Of a stretch of DNA of 64,000 nucleotides, positions 19,816-27,529 are shown in pieces. How positions within the stretch are numbered: the first letter of the stretch is position 1; the number at the start of each line of letters is the position of its first letter. Source of the stretch: Pseudomonadales bacterium (GTDB lineage: Bacteria; Pseudomonadota; Gammaproteobacteria; Pseudomonadales; UBA7434); contig JABDNS010000067.1 in the NCBI GenBank assembly GCA_013043705.1, positions 6,175 to 70,174 on the forward strand, in the 5' to 3' direction. The position numbers were made by a program, and so were the translations under genes. Under the pieces are notes generated by a model that worked only from the letters and a program-made list of their open reading frames with translations, was not told the DNA's origin and made no database searches.

Positions 19816-20934
19816 CTAGCGCAGCTTGTGCGCCATGCCATCTGAGGTAATCGCCAGGTAATTCTCTTGCGGGCCGAACGCCAGTGCTAAAACTGCCGCG
19901 GTGTTGGGCGAGGCAGGGTGCCTGCGTGGCGCGCGCCATTGTTTGATGCGCTGCATACTCGCTACATCCCACAACTGTATATCGCGGTTTGCAGTGCCGG
20001 TGAGCAACTGCCTGCCGTCGCTTGAAAATGCAGCGGCGGTAAAGGTTTGCCCGCGCCGCAGTGCTGACGAATAAAGTGGTATGCGGTTAATCAAGCGGCC
20101 GTCTTCAGTATCCCAAACCGCAGCCTGGTCGTACTTGGCCATGGTAAACGCACGCTTGCCATCGGGCGAGAACTCCACCAGCTGCACTTCATCGCTGTGC
20201 TCCCAGCGCCGCAACTCCCGGCCGGTGCGCGTACTCCAAAGCCGCGCGCTAAAGTCGTCCGAACCGCTTAATACAAGCGCCGAATTCGGATCGTAAGCCA
20301 CCGAGTTAACCCTTCCATCGTGGTAAAACACCTGGCGTACGCCGCCGTTTTTCACGTCGAACAGCGCCGCGCTGTGGTCGACCAGGCCCAGCAGAGCGAG
20401 TTCGGCATTGGGCAACAGGTCTACATCAAGAATTTCGCTAGGCGCGGTCCAATAAGTAATTGCCGCACCGCTTTGCATATCCCACAGCACCATAGTCTGT
20501 GGCTTGGCGGTTAGCGCATAGCGGTTGTCGATGGACATCGCCGAAGCGACAATTTGTGAAGATTCTCCCTGCTTGTGGTTCCAGTTATATTTTCTTTCAT
20601 TGGAAAAAAAATTCCACAAACTACCGCCATGATTGATGGAGCCGACTATCGCGAACTTCGCATCGTGCGAAAAACTGGCGCTGTATAGGCCTTGCACGGC
20701 CATAGTGTGGCTTTGCTCTGGCCCCTTGGGCGAGCACGCTGCCATGGTTGTTAACAGGCCGATAATGAATAATGGTTGTGGCCAGTGTTTTATTACAGCC
20801 TTGTTTGCGCCCGCAGCCGATCTACAGCGCGCGCGAAAAATCTGCAGCGAGGTGACTATTGAATTGGCCAATTGCGTAGCTTCCGGTTGGCAGCTTCTTT
20901 TGCGCATACTAACAACTGGCCCTCGCGAGGCCAA
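19816..20934 (-). CDS. WD40 / beta-propeller repeat protein, probable lipoprotein
   Basis: Repeated WD-like units (LSGSDDFSARLWS, LTGTANRDIQLWD, TMVLWDM). A hydrophobic segment ending in MAAC suggests a lipobox. The start codon is uncertain. Confidence 0.6.
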   Translation of the reverse strand: MASRGPVVSMRKRSCQPEATQLANSIVTSLQIFRARCRSAAGANKAVIKHWPQPLFIIGLLTTMAACSPKGPEQSHTMAVQGLYSASFSHDAKFAIVGSINHGGSLWNFFSNERKYNWNHKQGESSQIVASAMSIDNRYALTAKPQTMVLWDMQSGAAITYWTAPSEILDVDLLPNAELALLGLVDHSAALFDVKNGGVRQVFYHDGRVNSVAYDPNSALVLSGSDDFSARLWSTRTGRELRRWEHSDEVQLVEFSPDGKRAFTMAKYDQAAVWDTEDGRLINRIPLYSSALRRGQTFTAAAFSSDGRQLLTGTANRDIQLWDVASMQRIKQWRAPRRHPASPNTAAVLALAFGPQENYLAITSDGMAHKLR

Positions 20935-20975
20935 TCGGGATTAAGTATTTTGCAAGGCATGCTGTTAATGCTCAA

Positions 20976-21021
20976 ACAAAAAAACAGCGAAGGCACCGCA
21001 AGGTGCGTTCGCTGTTTTTTA
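20976..21021 (-). terminator. Rho-independent terminator downstream of rsd (hairpin is symmetric, with A-run and T-run on both sides)
   Basis: 9-bp stem AACAGCGAA/TTCGCTGTT plus an inner 5-bp stem GCACC/GGTGC with a GCAA loop (20983-21016), flanked by an A-run (20976-20984) and a T-run (21015-21020). Confidence 0.7.
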
Positions 21022-21074
21022 AAAGATTGCTGCGTTTTTGTACCGGCAATAAAGAAGCCACATGGGTTTTTGGC

Positions 21075-21560
21075 TTAGGCACCCACAACTTGTGATTTGT
21101 GTGAGTAGTGGAGTTGCTCAACTAGCTGGTCTTCGAGCTCAAATCTAGCGACCAGTGTTTCACCGATTAGCGATAATTCATGTGCCAGGCTTGCACAGCC
21201 TGCTTCGCGATTCAACATGCCATCAAGTGCGTCGTTGAATTGCAAAACTTTCTCGGTGGTGGTGCTAATTTGCGGGTAGATTTTTTTCGCAAAGTCCAGC
21301 GCTGCACTATCACCGAATTCTTCGGCTTCCTGGATGAGTTGGTCGTACACTTCAAAGTGGCCGGCAGATACGTAGTCGACCATCAACTCGCAGAATCGCT
21401 GCAGGCCTTCGTCGGGGTCACTACTATTGCTCGCGAGCTCGTGCACACCACTTACGGTGCAAAACTCGACAATCAATTCCTGGCGTTGTTGCAGCCAGCC
21501 TTCCAGAATCTTGGATACACCGCCCCAGCGCTCGCCGGAGTCTTTACATTTTTCTAGCAT
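21075..21560 (-). CDS. rsd: Regulator of sigma D (Rsd/AlgQ family anti-sigma-70 factor)
   Basis: MLEKCKDSGERWGGVSKILEGWLQQRQELIV...DYVSAGHFEVYDQL...ARFELEDQL aligns by eye with E. coli Rsd (DYLSAGHFSIYE, ARFVLEDKL). The ATG at 21560 is preceded by a purine-rich GGGTGGGG. Confidence 0.85.
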   Translation of the reverse strand: MLEKCKDSGERWGGVSKILEGWLQQRQELIVEFCTVSGVHELASNSSDPDEGLQRFCELMVDYVSAGHFEVYDQLIQEAEEFGDSAALDFAKKIYPQISTTTEKVLQFNDALDGMLNREAGCASLAHELSLIGETLVARFELEDQLVEQLHYSHKSQVVGA

Positions 21561-21966
21561 GTTCCCCACCCTAACTAAAGATTTTGTTAATTTGGTCGCG
21601 AAAAACTGCTGCCGCGCCTGGTGCCCGTCTTTTGCGAACCCGTCTATTTAGCCTAGCCCAATTTTGCGACCTGCTAGGCATTATCTTTGTGATATTACGT
21701 TTCGACTGCCTGGCGCCTTGTAAAGCGATAGGGCTGGAATCAGTTTAGGAAAGCACTGGCTACCGAACAAGAAAAAAGCCCCGCATTAATTAACGCCAAT
21801 TTTAGGATATATTTGTATTTATTTGATTTTTATTAATTTTTTTGCCATCGAATAGTACGTTCGATTGGCCTGGCGCGAGCGCGGGAGTGGTCTGTACTTA
21901 ATTAGTAAGTAAGCACTAACTTACCGTTTAAGCCAAAGTTTACTGGTAAAGATTTATTCGAAGCGA

Positions 21967-22473
21967 TTAAATTCTTGGGGCCTGGCTGCGTAATTGCAGT
22001 AACCACCCGATCGCGAGGCCGGCAAACGCGACCAAGGTCCACGCCGGGATGCTCAAGCCGAGAAAAGTCCAGGCGACCTCCGCACAATTGCCATCGCCAC
22101 GCAGCAAAATGCTAATTGCTTCGGTAAGCGGGAAAGTTTCCAGAATAAATTCCAGGCTGGGGCCGCAGGCGGGCACCTGGTCCTCCGGCAGGCTTTGCAG
22201 GTGTAGCTGGCGAATAGAAAAAAAGCTTCCCGCCCCTGCAACCGCAACACCCAATGCGGCGTAAACCCGCGCGCCTATAACACCCGGCTTGTGAAGCGCC
22301 GCGACGAGCCCAAGCATGCCGCAGAGAAACAGGAAAAATCGCTGGGTTATGCACAGCGGACAGGGCTCCAGCCCTTCCACATACTGCAGGTAGTAACCAA
22401 AGCCGAGCAAGCCGGCAACGGCCAGAAAAATCTCCCAGCGAATTACGGCGGGTTTAAAAAGGCTTAGTAACAT
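21967..22473 (-). CDS. dsbB: Disulfide bond formation protein B family
   Basis: 168 aa, four hydrophobic segments, a first-loop CPLC motif followed by ITQRF, and a second Cys pair in the large loop. Confidence 0.85.
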   Translation of the reverse strand: MLLSLFKPAVIRWEIFLAVAGLLGFGYYLQYVEGLEPCPLCITQRFFLFLCGMLGLVAALHKPGVIGARVYAALGVAVAGAGSFFSIRQLHLQSLPEDQVPACGPSLEFILETFPLTEAISILLRGDGNCAEVAWTFLGLSIPAWTLVAFAGLAIGWLLQLRSQAPRI

Positions 22474-22728
22474 TGCTCGGTCCGGATTGATGGCTTGGTG
22501 TTGTAGCTAACACCTTATAAAGAGTATATCAGCCACGCGCCTTCTGCTTGCGATTCGCAATTTAAAGCAAGCTCGTGTCGATTGTCCATATTGCTTGTAT
22601 ACTGACTGACAAGATCATGTTGTGTTCCCGGTTCGGCTTGGCCAAAGACATTAATTTAAAGATTGTCGAGTCTAAAATGCCGCAGATCAGCTAAAAATCA
22701 TTTACTCGTAGCTACGGAGTTAATCGCG

Positions 22729-23175
22729 ATGATGGTTTACGACATACAGGCACCGTGGCAACGCGGATGGCTCGTACTTTTGTTAAGCGCTATTGTGCTC
22801 GGTATGGGTGCGGCTCCTGCCTATGCCGAGGATGAAGAGGAGGGTGAATCTGCAGTTTCTCGTTATGTAGAAATTAAACCGCCGTTCGTAACTAACTATG
22901 GCAGCAGCGCACGTCTGCGTTACATGAAGGTGCAGGTGACTTTAAGAGTTTTGGGCGGTGCGGGTGAAAGCCAGGTGAATCGCCACATGCCCTACATAAA
23001 AGATACTTTGCTAAGTCTTTTTGCTGTACAAACGCGCGAGTCGATTGGCAGCGCGGAGGGTAAGGAAGCATTGCGCAAGCAATCGCTGGAGGCAGTATCA
23101 AAAATACTTGAACAAGAAGATAAGGCCAGTCACGTTGAGGACTTGCTTTTTACCAGTTTTGTGGCGCATCGCTAG
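22729..23175 (+). CDS. FliL-like flagellar basal-body-associated protein family member
   Basis: Single N-terminal TM followed by YVEIKPPFVTNYGSSARLRYMKVQVTLRV...IKDTLLSLF, the typical FliL-family pattern. The ATG at 22729 is preferred over the TTG at 22663. Confidence 0.6.
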   Translation: MMVYDIQAPWQRGWLVLLLSAIVLGMGAAPAYAEDEEEGESAVSRYVEIKPPFVTNYGSSARLRYMKVQVTLRVLGGAGESQVNRHMPYIKDTLLSLFAVQTRESIGSAEGKEALRKQSLEAVSKILEQEDKASHVEDLLFTSFVAHR

Positions 23176-23813
23176 CGGTTTGTAATATGAAAATCCTCGC
23201 GTGCTAGCACTGACGCGCGCTGCCTGGCGATCTGCTGCATTGTCGGGTAAATTCTTTCGAAGTGCGCCATAGCGTGGCGCTCATCCTCAAGCAAGGCATC
23301 CAGTTGTACGCAAAGTGTGTTGTTGCCAAGACGCTTGGCGATGCCTTCGGCAATGCGGCGTATAATTTCTGGCTCACGATATTTTTCCAGTAACCGATGT
23401 TCGCGCAGTCGCTGGCTAAACGCCCGGGCATCGGTGCCAAACGCATGTTCGTGTTTTTCAAGTAGTTCAAAAATAGCATCGCTGTACTGTGCGAGCGTGC
23501 CATCGTGAAAGGTACCCCAGCTTCTACTCAGTAAATAATCAAACATTAAGTCTATCGCAATGCCGTGATAGCGCCTGCTCGAAGGATCCATGCTTGCGCG
23601 AAAGGCCAGCAAATCTTCGAGCGTGTCGAAGTTTGCGTCTACCGAACGGTGTAGCGCAATACCGGCGATCGTTTGTTCAGGCAGTACATCGAACCTGGCG
23701 GCGGACAGAAATGTTTTGCTGCCAATCTCTCCCTTCACAAAATCACCTAGCAGCGCGCCAATAAGCAGTCCCGGGTCGTCGCCGGCGAGGTGGAAATGTG
23801 CGAGATAATTCAT
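23172..23813 (-). CDS. acpH: Acyl carrier protein phosphodiesterase
   Basis: MNYLAHFHLAGDDPGLLIGALLGDFVKG N-terminus and overall resemblance to E. coli AcpH (MNFLAHLHLA...). 213 aa. Confidence 0.8.
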   Translation of the reverse strand: MNYLAHFHLAGDDPGLLIGALLGDFVKGEIGSKTFLSAARFDVLPEQTIAGIALHRSVDANFDTLEDLLAFRASMDPSSRRYHGIAIDLMFDYLLSRSWGTFHDGTLAQYSDAIFELLEKHEHAFGTDARAFSQRLREHRLLEKYREPEIIRRIAEGIAKRLGNNTLCVQLDALLEDERHAMAHFERIYPTMQQIARQRASVLAREDFHITNR

Positions 23814-23830
23814 CTCAACCCGGCAGAGGT

Positions 23831-25486
23831 TTAGCGCGAGTAGTACTGTTTGAGAAATTCATCGAAATTCATTGAATCGTTTTGTTCTATTTCTTTTTGT
23901 AGTTTCTGCGAAGCAGCTATTTCATTATTAAACGCATTGTTGCGTTGCGAAGATATATTGCGCGCGCGATGTTGCTGCATAAATCGCGCAGATTGCGCAG
24001 CGGTAAATTCTAAAAAGCTCGAGCCGCTTTGCTGCAGCTCGTGCGACAAGCGTGCTGCTGGCGTGAGCGATTGGTCTTCAATTTTTTCACGCTGGGTAGC
24101 AAGCGCGCTGGCATGTTTTTGGTTGGCTTTTACGTTGGGCTTCGTGTTTTGGTTGGCACAATCCAGTGCATCGGCAACGCCTTGCATCTTGCCCAGTAAA
24201 TCTGCCGCCAATTGCCGCGCATTGATAAGCTTGCCGTGTTGGTCTAACTGTAGATCGGGGTCGCGGCCAAACTTAACGATGCGTGCCTGGTTTTCACCAA
24301 TGCGCCTGAACTCTGCTTCGTCACACTGTGCGCTAGGATAAGCGAGACAAAAAACCAGGAAAGTATCCAGGAAGCGAATCGTTTCTTCGCTAATACCCAG
24401 CGGCGCAAAAGGGTCAATATCCATGCACCTGACTTCAATGTACTGTATGCCCCTGTCGCGTAGCGCGTGCAGCGGCTTTTCGCCAGACTGCGTGACTCGT
24501 TTGGGACGCACGGCCGAGTAAAATTCGTTCTCTATTTGCAACACACTGGTAGATAATTGGCGGTACTCGCCATCCACGAGTGTGCCAATCTTTTCATAAG
24601 CAGGATAAGGCGTTTTAATTGCACCCTGCAGCGTAGCAATATAATTATTTAGCTCGTTGTAACATACAAAAAGCGATTTTTGTACTGCGCTTTGATAGCC
24701 AAGGTCGCCCATCCGCAGCGAGGTTGCGTGTGGCATTCCGTAATCGCGCGTGCCTGTTTTATCGAGATTATGCGGCCGGCCTTCGAGAAAGCTTGCGTCG
24801 ACGCAGGGCGCTGCGCCGAACAAATAAATTAACAGCCAATAGTTGCGCCGGAAATTCCTGATCAGGTCGAGGTAGCGCGTATCGGTATAGTGACGTAGCC
24901 GGGTGTTGGAAAAAGTTCCGGCGGCGGTATCGGCTTGGTTGAGCTGATTGCAATAGCGCTCATATTCAAGGTTCCAGTACGCGTCTGGCAACGAAAAATT
25001 GTAGTGTACGCCGGCCACCGTTTGCATGGCCCTGCCGTAGCGATAGCCAAGGCCGCGGCGATAGGCAGTTTTCATGGTGCCGATGTTTGAGTTTCCGTAC
25101 TGTGCCAGGGGAATTTTTTCGTCTGTTGGCAGCGCGCAGGGCATACTGGCCGCCCAAATGTCCTCGTTATCAATCAGGGACGCAACTTTGCCATGCGCAT
25201 CGGCCAGAAAATCCAGCGAGTCATGAATATTTTTGTGCACCGGAGTAATGAACTCGAGCAGCGATTCGCTGAAATCGGTAGTGATCCAGCTGCTGGTTAG
25301 CGCTGATCCGAGTAACTGCGGGTGCGGTGTTGTGGCCAGCTCATGTGCCTGGTTAACCCGCAAACCCTCTTTTTCGATACCGCGGTTAATCTGCGCGAGC
25401 TGCTCGGCAGCGTCGTTGCTTGCGAGAAAATCGAGATTGGCGATAAAGCGATCGTGCAGGCTGTTGCTTAATTGGCTATCGGGCAC
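23831..25486 (-). CDS. gshA: Glutamate-cysteine ligase
   Basis: INRGIEKEGLRV..., FITPV..., YRRGLGYRYG and the rest match proteobacterial GshA. The GTG at 25486 is preceded by AAGGAAG at a suitable distance and removes a non-conserved 29-aa extension of the track ORF. Confidence 0.88.
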   Translation of the reverse strand: MPDSQLSNSLHDRFIANLDFLASNDAAEQLAQINRGIEKEGLRVNQAHELATTPHPQLLGSALTSSWITTDFSESLLEFITPVHKNIHDSLDFLADAHGKVASLIDNEDIWAASMPCALPTDEKIPLAQYGNSNIGTMKTAYRRGLGYRYGRAMQTVAGVHYNFSLPDAYWNLEYERYCNQLNQADTAAGTFSNTRLRHYTDTRYLDLIRNFRRNYWLLIYLFGAAPCVDASFLEGRPHNLDKTGTRDYGMPHATSLRMGDLGYQSAVQKSLFVCYNELNNYIATLQGAIKTPYPAYEKIGTLVDGEYRQLSTSVLQIENEFYSAVRPKRVTQSGEKPLHALRDRGIQYIEVRCMDIDPFAPLGISEETIRFLDTFLVFCLAYPSAQCDEAEFRRIGENQARIVKFGRDPDLQLDQHGKLINARQLAADLLGKMQGVADALDCANQNTKPNVKANQKHASALATQREKIEDQSLTPAARLSHELQQSGSSFLEFTAAQSARFMQQHRARNISSQRNNAFNNEIAASQKLQKEIEQNDSMNFDEFLKQYYSR

Positions 25487-25667
25487 GAGCGTGGCTTCCT
25501 TTGCAGGCGAGTGGGCGCTTTGTGAGTGGGGGGGGTGCAGATTATCCCGAAAAGTGGCGCAGGTCGCCAGCACATTTGCGCGGCGTTGCGCTAGTATAAT
25601 CAGCGCAACGAATTTTTCCTTCCCGGTGCGGTATCTGCACGGGGCTAACAGATTAAGCGATATTTAA

Positions 25668-26987
25668 ATGATTGACGAGTGGCGAAAAAAAACCGACGAA
25701 TTTAATGCCTGGCTGTGGAGTGAGAGGGCCGAGCGGGGCAATGTGGTTAAACGCGGGGCAATAGCCGCTCTGAGAATTGTGCTCGCGGTCTGGCGTGATT
25801 TACGTGACGGGCATGTCAGCATGCGCGCGATGAGCCTCGTGTATACAACCGTGATTGCGATTGTACCAATGATTGCGCTGGTATTCTCGGTGTTGAAGGG
25901 CTTCGGGTTGCACAATCGCGTAAAGCCGGCGTTGCTTGAGGCTTTGATTGACCTTGGCGACAAGCGTTTTGAGATTGTCGATAAAATTATGGAGTTTATC
26001 GACAATGTCAATGTGGGTGTGCTCGGCTCGGTTGGCTTTGCGATCTTGCTATATAGCGTTGTTTCAATGATGCATAAAATTGAGGCGGCGTTTAACTATA
26101 CCTGGCAAATTTCCAGGTCGCGCGATCTTTCACATCGATTGCGTGATTACCTCAGTGTCGTTTTCGTTGGCCCGCTACTGATATTTCTGTCGGCTGCAAT
26201 AACTACCTCCATGCACGCCTCGGAAATTGCACGCACAGTTTCTGCAATGCCAATGGGTGACCAATTGATGGCACTGCTAGGCTACGCGTTGCCGTACCTG
26301 ATTATGGCAGCCGGGTTCGCGTTTATTTACGCGTTTCTGCCCAATACCCGCGTACGCTTGGGTTCGGCCTTTATTGGTGGCTTGGTAACCGCTGTTATCT
26401 GGAAGATTATGGGTTGGGGCATCGCTACCTTTGTTGCCAACTCCGCCAATCAAATCGCCATTTACTCGGCGTTTGCGTCGATTATTATTCTTATGGTGTG
26501 GCTGTACCTCGGCTGGCTAGTGCTTTTGGTTGGCGCAAGCATTACCTTCTACCACCAGTGTCCCGAGTATTTGCGCGTCCAGCAACAGCACAAGCAGTTG
26601 AGTTTTGAGAATGCTGAAAAGCTTGCGTTAAGCATTATGTGCATGGTGGCTGACCGATTCGAAAAAACCAATGAGCCATGGTGCGCGCGCGCAATTTCCA
26701 GCGAATTAAAATTGCCTCCCTACCTGGTTGATGATTGTATCGATACCTTGGTCGAGGCGGGCTACCTGGTGCGTTCTAGCGAGCAAGACCAGCTATACCC
26801 GGCCAGCCCGCTGGATAGGCTCGAAGTAGTTACGCTTTTGCAGTCGGTACGCAGAACCGGTAGCTACGAAAAAGACAACCAGCAGTTAAGTTTCGATGCG
26901 CGCGTAGATGCATTGCTGGAAAAGATGGAGTCGAGCAGGGTGCGAGAATGCGCGGGGGCAACTATCGCCTCATTGCGTTCAGAATAA
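25668..26987 (+). CDS. YihY/BrkB family inner-membrane protein with C-terminal soluble extension
   Basis: Six hydrophobic segments with the YihY pattern (SLVYTTVIAIVPMIALVFSV..., FLPNTRVRL..., IILMVWLYLGWLVLLVGA), plus a ~130-aa hydrophilic C-terminal domain. Confidence 0.75.
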   Translation: MIDEWRKKTDEFNAWLWSERAERGNVVKRGAIAALRIVLAVWRDLRDGHVSMRAMSLVYTTVIAIVPMIALVFSVLKGFGLHNRVKPALLEALIDLGDKRFEIVDKIMEFIDNVNVGVLGSVGFAILLYSVVSMMHKIEAAFNYTWQISRSRDLSHRLRDYLSVVFVGPLLIFLSAAITTSMHASEIARTVSAMPMGDQLMALLGYALPYLIMAAGFAFIYAFLPNTRVRLGSAFIGGLVTAVIWKIMGWGIATFVANSANQIAIYSAFASIIILMVWLYLGWLVLLVGASITFYHQCPEYLRVQQQHKQLSFENAEKLALSIMCMVADRFEKTNEPWCARAISSELKLPPYLVDDCIDTLVEAGYLVRSSEQDQLYPASPLDRLEVVTLLQSVRRTGSYEKDNQQLSFDARVDALLEKMESSRVRECAGATIASLRSE

Positions 26988-27494
26988 ATGGCCGTAGCAA
27001 AGCTTACTGGCCTGGCCGCCGTCGCAGCCCCGGATGCACGCGTACTTGTATTGGGCAGCATGCCAGGTGCCAGGTCATTGCAACAACAGCAATATTACGC
27101 GCACCCGCGCAATAGTTTTTGGGCGATCATGGCAGACATTTACCAATTCGACCGCCATGGCCCGTACCCGATACGCCTTACGAATATTCGTCAACAGGGT
27201 GTTGCATTATGGGATGTGGTTGGCCGCTGCCATCGAGCGGGTAGCCTCGATTCCAGTATCGATAGCCAGAGTGTGGTTGCGAATGATTTCCCGGCCTTTT
27301 TTTCCGCGCACCCGCATATCTCCGCACTGTTGTTCAATGGCGCAAAAGCCGAGAGCCTTTACAAAAAATTCGTTATACCAGAACTGCCGCAGCACTTGCA
27401 GTTGGTTGATTCGATGCGCATGCCATCTACCAGCCCGGCGCACGCGGCGATGCCATACGAGCAGAAGCTTGCACATTGGCGGGCCGTGCTTTGA
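26988..27494 (+). CDS. DNA-deoxyinosine glycosylase (UDG family 6, hypoxanthine-DNA glycosylase)
   Basis: VLVLGSMPGARSLQQQQYYAHPRNSFWAIM motif typical of family 6 UDG. 168 aa. Its ATG directly abuts the yihY-like stop (TAAATG). Confidence 0.7.
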   Translation: MAVAKLTGLAAVAAPDARVLVLGSMPGARSLQQQQYYAHPRNSFWAIMADIYQFDRHGPYPIRLTNIRQQGVALWDVVGRCHRAGSLDSSIDSQSVVANDFPAFFSAHPHISALLFNGAKAESLYKKFVIPELPQHLQLVDSMRMPSTSPAHAAMPYEQKLAHWRAVL

Positions 27495-27529
27495 ACTTGT
27501 AAATAGCCTGGGCGGTTTAACATCATTGC

